Program-made: the position numbers and the translations under genes | Shown: piece after piece, positions 1 to 9,166 of the stretch | Numbering within the stretch: the first letter of the stretch is position 1 | How the letters are laid out: each line of letters starts with the position of its first letter | The notes under the pieces: generated by a model | The model's database searches: none | What the model was told of the DNA's origin: nothing | Seen by the model: only the letters and a program-made list of their open reading frames with translations | Origin: an uncultured bacterium | GTDB taxonomy: Bacteria; Patescibacteriota; Minisyncoccia; Phycocordibacterales; PALSA-1337 | Reading direction: 5' to 3' | Assembly (NCBI GenBank): GCA_963701025.1 | Contig: OY969557.1 | Span: 801,953-865,952 of the forward strand | Length of the DNA: 64,000 bases

Positions 1-658
1 GCCGAGCCCCTGATTATATAAATGATATAATTAGGGTGATGGTATAGTCCACAAATCTTCGTGATGAAAAAACACGTACAAAACATAATCATTGGTTCTC
101 TACTTGGTGATGGATGGCTTAATGCCCTATCCCCGACACAGAAATCTGTTTTCTGTATGAAGTGCCATGATAAGTCGATTGGGTATCTAGAATGGATGCG
201 AACCAAGATAGCCGAATTGGGGCCGTCTGAATTAAAGAGTATCTCGCGATATTCACAGCATTACTTCTATACTAGATCGAGTAAGGATTTAGGTGATCTG
301 CGAAAACTTTTCTATCCAAATGAGGGAAAGAAAAGAGTGCCGTCAAATATCAAGAATTTGCTTACTGACCCAGTGTCACTGGCAGTTTGGTATCAAGATG
401 ATGGGACTTTAGATTTTCGTTCAAAGTATCACAGAAATTCGTTGTTTGCGACGCATTGTTTTTCATTTGAAGACTGCTTTGTCTTAAAAGATACATTACA
501 GGAGAACTTTGGTATAAAAGTCTCTGTCTGTAAGTGTCAAATGCGTGGGAAAATGTATTATCGACTTTATGTATTTTCAGAAAGCATGGAACGCTTCGTG
601 AAAATAATCAGTCCTTTTATACATGAAAACCATGCATATAAAATAAGATAATGTCAAG
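1..658 (+). mobile_element. Group I intron in 16S rRNA at E. coli position ~516 (5' part outside window)
   Basis: 16S resumes at 659 with G517-equivalent GCCAGCAGCAGCGGTAATAC, preceded by terminal G658; group I S/P7'-like motif GATGGTATAGTCC at 38-50; contains a LAGLIDADG ORF. Confidence 0.8.
61..651 (+). CDS. Intron-encoded LAGLIDADG homing endonuclease (two-motif type)
   Basis: Motifs IIIGSLLGDG and LAVWYQDDG; ends 7 nt before the 3' splice site. Confidence 0.9.
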   Translation: MMKKHVQNIIIGSLLGDGWLNALSPTQKSVFCMKCHDKSIGYLEWMRTKIAELGPSELKSISRYSQHYFYTRSSKDLGDLRKLFYPNEGKKRVPSNIKNLLTDPVSLAVWYQDDGTLDFRSKYHRNSLFATHCFSFEDCFVLKDTLQENFGIKVSVCKCQMRGKMYYRLYVFSESMERFVKIISPFIHENHAYKIR

Positions 659-1289
659 GCCAGCAGCAGCGGTAATACGAGTGCCTCGAGCGTTATCCGG
701 AATTATTGGGCGTAAAGGGTGCGTAGGCGGTTCCGTTAGTCTCGCGTTAAATTTCCCGGCTCAACCGGGAACCTGCGCGGGAAACGGCGGAACTAAGAGG
801 TTGGAAGGGGTTTGCGGAACTCATGGTGTAGCGGTGAAATGCGTTGATATCATGGGGAACACCAAAAGCGAAGGCAGCAAACTGGTCCAAATCTGACGCT
901 GAAGCACGAAAGCGTGGGTCGCGAATGGGATTAGATACCCCAGTAGTCCACGCCCTAAACGATGATCTCTCGCTTTGAGGAGTATCGACCCTCCTCGAGG
1001 CTTAGCTAACGCGTTAAGAGATCCGCCTGGGTAGTACGATCGCAAGATTGAAACTCAAAGAAATAGACGGGGACTTGCACAAGCGGTGGAACATGTGGTT
1101 CAATTCGACGATAAACGAAGAACCTTACCAAGGCTAGACATCCAGACGAAGATCCTGGGAAACCAGGGTCGCCGAAAGGCGGCTGGACAGGTGCTGCATG
1201 GCTGTCGTCAGTTCGTGGCTTGAGCTGTTCCCTTCAGTGGGGTAACGAACGCAACCCCTGTTGTCTGTTACAAGTATCAGACGAGACCG

Positions 1290-1398
1290 CCCAGCTTAGA
1301 GCGTGGAAGGTAGAGGGTAGAGGGTAGAGGGTAGAAATCGCATGTGCGATCGACTACTCTCCACTTTCTACTCTCCACTTTCTCCCTTCTAAGCTGGG
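1290..1398 (+). repeat. Heptamer-repeat hairpin insertion in 16S helix 40
   Basis: CCCAGCTTAGA...TCTAAGCTGGG stem enclosing (RGGTAGA)4 and complementary TCTACTC/TCCACTT units, between GAGACCGC and GAGGAAGGTGGGGATGACG. Confidence 0.85.
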
Positions 1399-1624
1399 AG
1401 GAAGGTGGGGATGACGCCAAGTCAGCATGGCCCTTTGACGCCTTGGGCTACACACGTGTTACAATCGGCGGGACAACGCGACGCAATGCCGTAAGGCGGA
1501 GCAAACCGTAATAAACCCGCCGCCAGTTCGGATTGAGGTCTGCAACTCGACCTCATGAAGCCGGAATCGCTAGTAATCGCAGGTCAGCTATACTGCGGTG
1601 AATACGTTCTCAAGTCTTGTACTC

Positions 1625-2612
1625 GGGTCGCCATGCGATCGAGTACGCTAGTTGGTGCAAATCCAACCCGGGCGATCAACAGCGTCCTGAAGCGAAATCA
1701 CAGTCTACTGTCCGTGAGGACTATAGATGAAGGGAGAAAGTAGCATTTCTTAGCTTGAATGCCAGTTATGGCACATATCATAGGTCATCCTGCGAGTACA
1801 TGGAGAAGCCTACTGTCGAAAAAAATGTGATATGTGTATCGTGGTATCGAGATGAGAAAAAAACAGTGTATTCGGTTACCGTGGGAGATCTTGCATAGGC
1901 TCTCGAATTATTTGAGAGTATAATATGAGTAATCATGTTAAATAATATGCAAGAAGTCAGCAGAGTTCGTAGTACCATTAAGGTAGATGGTCGGTTAAAC
2001 CCGAAACTTTTTCTGCCTTTTGGGAAGGAACAAATTCAAAGGGAGAAACTAAACCCTCATTATGTTGGCGGTTTCATTGACGGAGAAGGTTCCTTCTCTG
2101 TCAGTATAGGCAAGCATAAGACTCTTCGACGAGGATATGAAGTTAGGCCGGAGTTTGAAATAGAACTTCGGAAAGACGATCAAGAAATTCTTGAACGTCT
2201 GCTCATAACTATCGGCACCGGAAGAATCTATGATTGCTCGTATGACCGTTACGGATGGTATCCTCATGTGAAGTATAAAATCACTAGTATTTGGGACATG
2301 AAAGAGTGTCTCTTTCCGTTTCTAGATGCATATCCGCTTCAGGCCAAGAAAGCCAAGTCGTATGTGCTATTCAAAGAAATAGTCTCTATGGTCTGTGATA
2401 AGAAGCATTTGAGTGATGCCGGTTTTGAGAGAATAGTGGAACTTCGCGACGAGCTCCGTGCTCTAGGGAAGAAAGCTAAAACTTATCGTGGCATGATAAG
2501 TGAATTCGATAAAAAAATCGAATGAGCAACCTTTGGAAAACGCGAGGGTGCGGGAAAACCGCTTGCCCCGTGTTGAAGAGAATTATAATGGCAACATTAT
2601 AACACATCAAAT
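1625..2612 (+). mobile_element. Group II-like intron in 16S rRNA between E. coli positions 1397/1398
   Basis: Exons GTACTC|ACCGCCCGTCA; intron ends in AT; domain V-like hairpin AACGCGAGGGTGCGGGAAAACCGCTTGCCCCGTGTT (~2539-2574); EBS1 candidate GAGTAC (1794-1799) complementary to exon end GTACTC. Confidence 0.75.
1935..2525 (+). CDS. Intron-encoded LAGLIDADG homing endonuclease (single-motif type)
   Basis: Motif YVGGFIDGEGSF; lies just upstream of the DV-like hairpin. Confidence 0.9.
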   Translation: MLNNMQEVSRVRSTIKVDGRLNPKLFLPFGKEQIQREKLNPHYVGGFIDGEGSFSVSIGKHKTLRRGYEVRPEFEIELRKDDQEILERLLITIGTGRIYDCSYDRYGWYPHVKYKITSIWDMKECLFPFLDAYPLQAKKAKSYVLFKEIVSMVCDKKHLSDAGFERIVELRDELRALGKKAKTYRGMISEFDKKIE

Positions 2613-2929
2613 ACCGCCCGTCAACCCAAGGGAGTCGGAGGTGCCCGAAATCTCGCTTTATGCGGGCCTACGGCAAATTCGATGACAGGGGGTAAGTCGT
2701 AACAAGGCACGGGTAGCGGAAGCTGCTCGTGGAATATTTCAAGTGAAACAACGCTTTTGATCCTTCGGGGTCACTAGCTGAAATGTCGATATGCTCTCCT
2801 AGAGAGCATGAGTTATCGTCGCACAACTCAAAATGGCGACGCTTAGTCTCCGAAGATAGGGGACACACATGGGCACATCATCGATGAGTGCTCATGGGCG
2901 AACGGAACAAAATAAAGAGCGCTATACGA

Positions 2930-2955
2930 AAGAGCCGCCGCGAAGGCGGTTTTTT
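2930..2955 (+). terminator. Intrinsic terminator after 16S
   Basis: AAGAGCCGCC-GCGAA-GGCGGTTTTTT. Confidence 0.7.
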
Positions 2956-3023
2956 CGCGTAGGAAACGGCTTTAATAGGCCGTTATTTTGTTATACCTTT
3001 GCGTGCTTGTACAATGCGTGATG

Positions 3024-4084
3024 GTAAATTCTAACCTGAAACGCAACACCCCCGTGGTACTGTAGCGGTATACCATTACCAGCTAAATTACACACGAGGA
3101 TGTCGCACAAACAATTTAACAGAGATACTAGAGTAGAGCTAGCGATACTTTTAAGTGCAAGAAAGAGCCAGACTGAATGCGCCAGGATACTTGGCATGCA
3201 GAGAAGCAATGTCTGTCTTGAAATCAGTCGAAACAAAGATCCTGATGGTATATATCGAGGTGGTCATGCGCACAAAAGATATCTGGCAAGAAGAAGACGT
3301 GTAAAAATACTAGAGAGAAAGATCGAAAACGACAGGAAACTACGGCGTCACATCGTCCGCAAATTGAAGCGATTATGGTCACCCGAACAAATTGCAGGAA
3401 GACTGAAAATGATGACCGGAAGAACGATTGTATGTCACGAAACGATCTACACTTTTGTGTACGAGAAAAGACCGGACCTTGTAAAGTATCTGCGGCATCA
3501 GAAGTGCAAGTACCGGAAGAAAAGAGGTTCAAAAGCCCGTATGGAGCTTGCTAGAGCCATGAAAGTGAGAAGGATCGAGGAAAGACCAAAGGAAGTGGAC
3601 GAACGCTCACGCCTCGGAGATTGGGAAGATGATACTGTCATCGGCAAGGAAAGAGTTCAAAGGATCTGGAGCTGTGTTGAAAGAAAGAGCGGATACGCCA
3701 TGGCCGAGAAACTTGAGGTGGTGAGCGCAGAGATCATCAACAAAAAAGCAGTGTCTCGATTCGTAGCGTTGCCAAAATATTTACGAAGGACTCTAACCAG
3801 AGACAACGGAACTGAGGTCAGCGGATATGACAGTTTACTTGAAGAGAAAACCGGACTCGATGTATATCATGCGACCGCGTACCATTCGTGGGAGCGAGGG
3901 ACAAATGAAAACTGGAATGGATTGCTCAGGCAATTCTTTCCTAAAGGCACTTACTTTGCTACCATTACCCCATACCAAGTTCAACGTGCAGTACGAATGT
4001 TGAATGACCGGCCGAGAAAGCGGCTGGGCTACAGAACACCAAGGGAGGTATTCAGAGGGTGTATTGATTCAGATTAGAACTTGA
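3024..4084 (+). mobile_element. IS30-family insertion sequence
   Basis: Imperfect ~26-bp terminal inverted repeats (AAATTCTAACCTGAAACGCAACACCC vs reverse complement of right end AAGTTCTAATCTGAATCAATACACCC) flanking the transposase; ends approximate. Confidence 0.85.
3100..4077 (+). CDS. IS30-family DDE transposase
   Basis: WSPEQIAGR, GDWEDDTV, DNGTE, SWERGTNENWNGLLRQFFPKG, RPRKRLGY motifs. Confidence 0.95.
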   Translation: MSHKQFNRDTRVELAILLSARKSQTECARILGMQRSNVCLEISRNKDPDGIYRGGHAHKRYLARRRRVKILERKIENDRKLRRHIVRKLKRLWSPEQIAGRLKMMTGRTIVCHETIYTFVYEKRPDLVKYLRHQKCKYRKKRGSKARMELARAMKVRRIEERPKEVDERSRLGDWEDDTVIGKERVQRIWSCVERKSGYAMAEKLEVVSAEIINKKAVSRFVALPKYLRRTLTRDNGTEVSGYDSLLEEKTGLDVYHATAYHSWERGTNENWNGLLRQFFPKGTYFATITPYQVQRAVRMLNDRPRKRLGYRTPREVFRGCIDSD

Positions 4085-4094
4085 GGATGTGGTA

Positions 4095-4123
4095 TTGACA
4101 CAGGGACTACGGTGTGCTATGAT
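4095..4123 (+). promoter_or_regulatory. Sigma70-type promoter
   Basis: TTGACA-17 nt-TATGAT with extended TG. Confidence 0.65.
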
Positions 4124-4206
4124 GTAGTCTGATTCAAATAAGTGCAGTGTAGTATCGTTCCGGCAAAAAACAGCGGAACGCAACAATCAAAAATCGTAAA
4201 CAACAA

Positions 4207-4395
4207 ATGAACGCGAAATCACGACTGAAATATTCACGTGGGGACAGAGGTCCTTCACTGAAAGGCTTCGTCAGCTGGCTGGTCGGTCCGCCGTGCAGAA
4301 TGCCTCGGGAACGGTACAATCCCTCCTGGAAGACCGAGGTGCCCGGATGCCTTCTCTTTGCCCTTATGATTTACGGGCTACTGAAGTTGTTCTGA
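4207..4395 (+). CDS. Small hypothetical protein with C-terminal hydrophobic helix
   Basis: Lies between a consensus promoter and the hairpin GCGCCGGAG...CTCCGGCGC (~4420-4447). Confidence 0.45.
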   Translation: MNAKSRLKYSRGDRGPSLKGFVSWLVGPPCRMPRERYNPSWKTEVPGCLLFALMIYGLLKLF

Positions 4396-4542
4396 GCCAC
4401 CTGACCCTATTGTCTACGGGCGCCGGAGTATGTATCTCTCCGGCGCTTTCCCATTTCCGCTTCCGCTGATTTTTGCCTCTTTTTCATAATTGCTCTATAG
4501 TAGGGAAGTTCGCTTCAATTGCGGTCTGTACAATGTAAATTT

Positions 4543-4624
4543 GGGCATGTGGCGGAATTGGTATACGCGTACGCTTCAGGAGCGTATGGAGCAATCCTTG
4601 GGAGTTCGAGTCTCCCCATGCCCA
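4543..4624 (+). tRNA. tRNA-Leu(CAG)
   Basis: GGGCATG/CATGCCC acceptor stem, anticodon arm TACGC-TTCAGGA-GCGTA, long variable arm, GTTCGAGT T-loop. Confidence 0.95.
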
Positions 4625-4652
4625 CCGTGGGTTCAAGACGCTTTTAAATCAA

Positions 4653-4979
4653 ATGGATCTGACCAACAAAAAGTGCGTGCCGTGCGAAGTGGGCGGTTTG
4701 CCGCTCACCGGTAAACAGATTGTTTCTTACATGAAAGACATACCGAAATGGAAAGCCTCGCCCGACGATACCAAGATCTCGCGATCATTCAAGTTCGACG
4801 ATTTCAAAGAGTCGCTCGCATTCGTGAACAAGGTCGGTGGATTGGCGGAGAAAGAAGGACATCATCCGGACATGCACATCCATTACAACGAAGTGCTGGT
4901 CGAGCTATCGACGCATTCCGTCGGAGGTCTGTCGGAGAACGACTTTATCCTGGCGGCCAAGATAGATCTGATCGCGTAA
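4653..4979 (+). CDS. phhB: Pterin-4-alpha-carbinolamine dehydratase
   Basis: CVPCE N-terminus, EKEGHHPD and THSVGGLSENDFILAAKID motifs. Confidence 0.9.
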   Translation: MDLTNKKCVPCEVGGLPLTGKQIVSYMKDIPKWKASPDDTKISRSFKFDDFKESLAFVNKVGGLAEKEGHHPDMHIHYNEVLVELSTHSVGGLSENDFILAAKIDLIA

Positions 4980-5031
4980 GCCATCAGCGCGACTGGCGTT
5001 CCCGGCCTTTTTTTGCTAGATTTCCTTCATT

Positions 5032-5104
5032 GCGCGCATAGCTCAGTTGGTAGAGCACACCACTGATACTGGTGGGGTCCTAGGTTCGAATCCTAGTGCG
5101 CGCA
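5032..5104 (+). tRNA. tRNA-Ile(GAT)
   Basis: GCGCGCA/TGCGCGC acceptor stem, anticodon arm CACCA-CTGATAC-TGGTG, GTTCGAAT T-loop. Confidence 0.9.
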
Positions 5105-5280
5105 CAATAGTTCGATATTGGCATTTTTAGGCACATTGGCGAGCTTCTGATATGGACTTTTGAATTGGTATTGAGCCACAGTTTTGTTTTTGATCGAAAC
5201 GTTCGAAAGTAGCTTTTCCGGCACTCGTTATAGACTATTGTCGCTATTGCAAATTTTGCTTAACATGAGATTATCATATT

Positions 5281-6108
5281 ATGAATATCGGAAAAAGAAT
5301 TGTAGTAAAGGACAGTAAAGTCAGTTTCATTTCTCGAAATGGAGATGATTATATTTCCTTGACTGATATTGCCCGTTATAAGAATTCTGAGGAACCCAAA
5401 GATATAGTAAAAAATTGGATGAGGAATAGAAGCACTATTGAATTCTTAGGCATATGGGAAAAAATCAATAATCCGAATTTCAAAGGGGTCGAATTCGACT
5501 CCTTTAGAAATGAAGCAGGAAGTAATGCTTTCGTATTATCACCACAGAAGTGGATCCAGACAACACAAGCTGTCGGTATGATTTCTAAATCAGGTCGTTA
5601 TGGTGGTGGTACATATGCTCATAAGGATATAGCATTCGAATTTGCGGCGTGGATAAGTTCAGAGTTTAGGTTTTATCTAATCAAAGAATTCCAACGGTTA
5701 AAAGTGGAAGAAAGCCAGAGAATAGCTATTAGTTGGGATGTTAAAAGAATATTATCAAAAATCAATTATAGGATACACACTGATGCAATAAAGGAAAAGC
5801 TTATTCCACCAGTAATCAGTAAGTCTAGAGAAGTGATCATTTATGCAAACGAAGCGGATGTTTTAAACATGGCATTATTTGGCATGACTGCAAAGAATTG
5901 GAGAGATGTAAATTCAAATAAAGAAGGTAATATTAGAGATTATTCTTCGGTTGAACAATTGGTTGTTTTGGCAAATCTGGAAAGTTTGAATGCCGAATTT
6001 ATTTTGCAAGGCATATCTCAAGGAGAACGTCTAAAAAAACTCAACGAAATTGCCATACGTCAAATGCGTTCACTTTTGGGTACCGATTCAATAAAAAAGT
6101 TAGTTTGA
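5281..6108 (+). CDS. KilA-N domain DNA-binding protein
   Basis: DYISLTDIA, NWMRNRSTIEFLG, GRYGGGTYAHKDIAFEFA motifs; AT-rich. Confidence 0.88.
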   Translation: MNIGKRIVVKDSKVSFISRNGDDYISLTDIARYKNSEEPKDIVKNWMRNRSTIEFLGIWEKINNPNFKGVEFDSFRNEAGSNAFVLSPQKWIQTTQAVGMISKSGRYGGGTYAHKDIAFEFAAWISSEFRFYLIKEFQRLKVEESQRIAISWDVKRILSKINYRIHTDAIKEKLIPPVISKSREVIIYANEADVLNMALFGMTAKNWRDVNSNKEGNIRDYSSVEQLVVLANLESLNAEFILQGISQGERLKKLNEIAIRQMRSLLGTDSIKKLV

Positions 6109-6218
6109 TTTTGATATGCGCTAGACGCAAACAACATCCGTGGTGACGGGCGGAGGTCAACGCGCCCTTATCTGCCAAGCGTCTCGCGCACCACCTACCC
6201 TCCAAAGGCGGTAGCGGC

Positions 6219-6767
6219 ATGGGTATTTTCGGACAGATGTGTTCTGATCCTACTACATACTATTGTTCAGCCCTGCCTCTTTCTGATTCTCAGATGATGA
6301 ATAGCTATGGTCAGCAGATGACAAAGATTTCTGCACAGAGTATCTCAAGCACTTCGGTTGCTTGTGACGGATCATCGGTGGTGAAAAATACTTCTCTGCA
6401 GCAGTCGCAAGCCGCGGTCGCCTCTTCATCGAAGACTACTCAGAAAGTTGTTCATCTTACAGATCTGGAAAGAAAAAATATCTTAACGAATATTGTATTG
6501 AATCTGTCAAAAGATTATAGGTCTGCGCATAATCACTACGCCGGCTTTTGTGAAAGTAGCTCATTTAAGACACCTCAGGTTGAACAAGAAACACCACTTA
6601 CGTTTCTTTGCAATGATGCTTCATACCCGGACGAGTTTGGTGCATTAGTTCAAATGTCCGGAGATGGAACTACTGATGCAAAAAAATGGGCGCTGTTTTG
6701 TGGGGACAGCTCGGGATTTTTGGGGACCGCACACATGTTAAATGGCACTAGATGCCAAGTAAACTAG
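6219..6767 (+). CDS. Hypothetical Cys/Ser-rich protein
   Basis: 182-aa ORF, no recognisable motif. Confidence 0.45.
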   Translation: MGIFGQMCSDPTTYYCSALPLSDSQMMNSYGQQMTKISAQSISSTSVACDGSSVVKNTSLQQSQAAVASSSKTTQKVVHLTDLERKNILTNIVLNLSKDYRSAHNHYAGFCESSSFKTPQVEQETPLTFLCNDASYPDEFGALVQMSGDGTTDAKKWALFCGDSSGFLGTAHMLNGTRCQVN

Positions 6768-6843
6768 GAGTAATGTCGTACTATTATTTACTAATAGCCG
6801 TTCTAATATCGTCCCACAGCGCGCACCGTGATATAATAGGCTC

Positions 6844-7836
6844 ATGAACGCCAGAACAGCCCCAAAGGATTTTTTCGTCCAATTGGGAGCGACGATCGCT
6901 CTATACGTTGCCGCAGGCGCTCTCATCAACCTGCTATTCAGCATTGTGAATGCCGTCAACCCCGACGCGTTGGCAGGCTACTTTAGCCCCAGTTCCATCG
7001 TCTGGCCAGTCTCTATGCTTATAGTCCTCACGCCCATCCTTTATGGGCTAGAATGGCTGGTCAATCGCGATGCCGCACAGATGCCGGAAAAGAAGGACAT
7101 ATGGATACGTCGGTGGCGCATATATCTGACTATCTTTCTCTCGGTAGTCCTCGTCGGCGGGGACCTCATCGCCCTCATCAACGTCTATCTGAACGGCGAG
7201 GTCACGGGACGATTTATATGGAAGGTATTGGCCATCCTGGTCGTGGCCGGCGTTATCGGCAAATATTATTTCTTCAGCATTTCAGAAAAATGGAAATGGG
7301 CCCGAATGATCCGTCGCGGCAATGCCTGGTTCGGCATCATATTGGTCGTTGCGGCCATCGTCGGCGGTTTCCTCATAGTAGGTTCGCCGGCAAAACAAAG
7401 GGCCATCCGCTTCGACGAACAGCGCATAAGCGATCTCATGTCTATACAGTATCAGATCATCAACTATTGGCAGTCAAAGGCGACGTTGCCGGCGAAGCTC
7501 GCCGATCTGAATGATCCCATTTCGAATTTCACTGTGCCTGTCGATCCGGAAACAGGATCAGCCTATCAGTATAGCGTGAAGGGGATTACGGACGTGAAAA
7601 ACCAGCCTGGCAGTCCGAGCGGACTGGTGTTCGAACTATGCGCGACTTTCGACTTGGATTCATCAGCTTTGCCCCAGAATTATGCCGGATCTCCCGTTTA
7701 TAATTCGCCCATGATACCGGCTGGCACCGGGACATCGGTCGCCACTGATTGGTCGCATGCCGCCGGCCGCGCTTGCTTCGACCGGACCATCGACTCGCAA
7801 AGATACCCTCCTTATCCCAAACCGCTCTCGCCCTAG
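6844..7836 (+). CDS. Membrane protein, CPR-type DUF5671-like, with pilin-like C-terminal domain
   Basis: Several TM helices, then GSPAKQRAIRFDEQRISDL, DPETG, FELCATF. Confidence 0.75.
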   Translation: MNARTAPKDFFVQLGATIALYVAAGALINLLFSIVNAVNPDALAGYFSPSSIVWPVSMLIVLTPILYGLEWLVNRDAAQMPEKKDIWIRRWRIYLTIFLSVVLVGGDLIALINVYLNGEVTGRFIWKVLAILVVAGVIGKYYFFSISEKWKWARMIRRGNAWFGIILVVAAIVGGFLIVGSPAKQRAIRFDEQRISDLMSIQYQIINYWQSKATLPAKLADLNDPISNFTVPVDPETGSAYQYSVKGITDVKNQPGSPSGLVFELCATFDLDSSALPQNYAGSPVYNSPMIPAGTGTSVATDWSHAAGRACFDRTIDSQRYPPYPKPLSP

Positions 7837-7873
7837 TGGAGGCGCCATGGAGCTTCATGCTATAATCTCCTCC

Positions 7874-8614
7874 ATGCAGAAAAGCCATTACGTCATCAGC
7901 GACATGCCGTTCCTTCTCGACCGGTCTCCTTTCGATTGTGAGTATCCGCTCATGATCCGGGATCTGCCTCCGGACGAGAAGCCGCGCGAAAAGCTCCTGG
8001 CCCAGGGTCCGGACGCCCTCAATGTGCGCGAATTGACCGCTCTTCTGCTCGTCACCGGCACGACCAAGGAAGACGTGCTGGCGATGTCCAACCGCCTCGT
8101 GCGGGATTACGGAGAGAAGAGCATATTCGCCGAACGCAACGCGAACAAGCTGTCCAAAGACCTCGGCATCCCGATAGTCAAGGCATGCCAGATCATCGCC
8201 GCCGGAGAGCTCGGTCGGCGCTTCTACGGCAAGAGCCAGAGCGGCTTTACCACGCTCCGGAACGCGAGCGACGTCTACGAATATCTCTCCGACATGCGCG
8301 CCTTGCCCAAAGAGCAGATGCGCGGCCTCTATCTCAACAGCCATAGCCGCGTCATACGAGACGAGGTGATATCCATCGGCACGGTCAATTCCAATTTCGT
8401 CCATCCGCGGGAAGTCTTCCACCCAGCCATTGAGTCCTCTGCCTCCGCCGTCATTCTCGCCCACAATCATCCGTCTGGGGAGGTCACGCCGTCAGACGAG
8501 GACATCGAGATCACCAGACAGCTCATCCAGGCCGGCAAGATCCTCGGCATCCGTCTCCTCGACCACGTCATCATCACCAAAGACGCCTTCACCAGTGTGA
8601 AGGCCGACTATTAA
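7874..8614 (+). CDS. radC: RadC/JAB-domain protein
   Basis: KPREKLL, VHPREVF, LAHNHPSG, LLDHVII; start placed 7 nt after TATAAT. Confidence 0.92.
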   Translation: MQKSHYVISDMPFLLDRSPFDCEYPLMIRDLPPDEKPREKLLAQGPDALNVRELTALLLVTGTTKEDVLAMSNRLVRDYGEKSIFAERNANKLSKDLGIPIVKACQIIAAGELGRRFYGKSQSGFTTLRNASDVYEYLSDMRALPKEQMRGLYLNSHSRVIRDEVISIGTVNSNFVHPREVFHPAIESSASAVILAHNHPSGEVTPSDEDIEITRQLIQAGKILGIRLLDHVIITKDAFTSVKADY

Positions 8615-8647
8615 CCGCCGCGCTCGCACGACGAGCGCGATACCATC

Positions 8648-8989
8648 ATGTTACGCGACTATTCCATAACGTCGCCGTCATTGGACGGCATCCTTCGGCA
8701 TGAGTCCATCGTCTATGAAGGCATAGATAGGCCGAGCGAGATCATCAGGGCCTTCGACAAGCCGTCGAGCCAGAAGATACGCGATCTCGACAATCCGGAG
8801 AACCGGAAGATATTACAAGACTATTGGAACGACCTCTATGGCCTGTTCATGAGAAAGTTATCCCAATTCATCACCGAACCACAGATAGACTCCAATACTG
8901 ACCTAAAATTGCTTGCCATGTTGCAGGAATTGATCAAGGTCAAGAAGCTCATGGCCCCGCCTGAAAACGGGGAAGAAGGGGAAGTATGA
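8648..8989 (+). CDS. Hypothetical protein
   Basis: 113-aa ORF directly after radC. Confidence 0.55.
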   Translation: MLRDYSITSPSLDGILRHESIVYEGIDRPSEIIRAFDKPSSQKIRDLDNPENRKILQDYWNDLYGLFMRKLSQFITEPQIDSNTDLKLLAMLQELIKVKKLMAPPENGEEGEV

Positions 8990-9136
8990 TAAAGCAATTC
9001 ACGACGGGCAGAGAAACTAAAAGGAGAAATTCAATTCGAAAATCAGCCAGAGAATAAGGCCTAAAACGAACCCCCCGCATAAGCGGGGGAGAGAGTTAAC
9101 GGTGCAAGTATAGCGGATGGAGAGATGAAGTCAAGC

Positions 9137-9166
9137 TTGACAAATGGTGTTGGAGTGTGCTATACT
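9137..9166 (+). promoter_or_regulatory. Sigma70-type promoter
   Basis: TTGACA-18 nt-TATACT with extended TG. Confidence 0.55.

Larger units (their letters stand above)
659..2740 (+). rRNA. rrs: 16S rRNA, 3' two-thirds; exons 659-1624 and 2613-~2740
   Basis: Universal motifs GGATTAGATACCC, AAACTCAAAG, AACGAACGCAACCC, GAATACGTTC, ACCGCCCGTCA, AAGTCGTAACAAGG; 3' end approximate. Confidence 0.97.

Noticed and set aside
651-1743. ORFs 651-896, 821-1045 and 1555-1743
   Set aside because: Shadow ORFs over 16S rRNA and intron sequence.
7586-8470. Long antisense ORFs (e.g. 7586-8470, 35208-35990, 44133-44966, 50803-51654)
   Set aside because: They lie opposite well-identified genes and are explained by GC-rich codon bias.
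5281-8614. Prophage suggested by KilA-N and radC
   Set aside because: No integrase, structural or packaging genes in the window.
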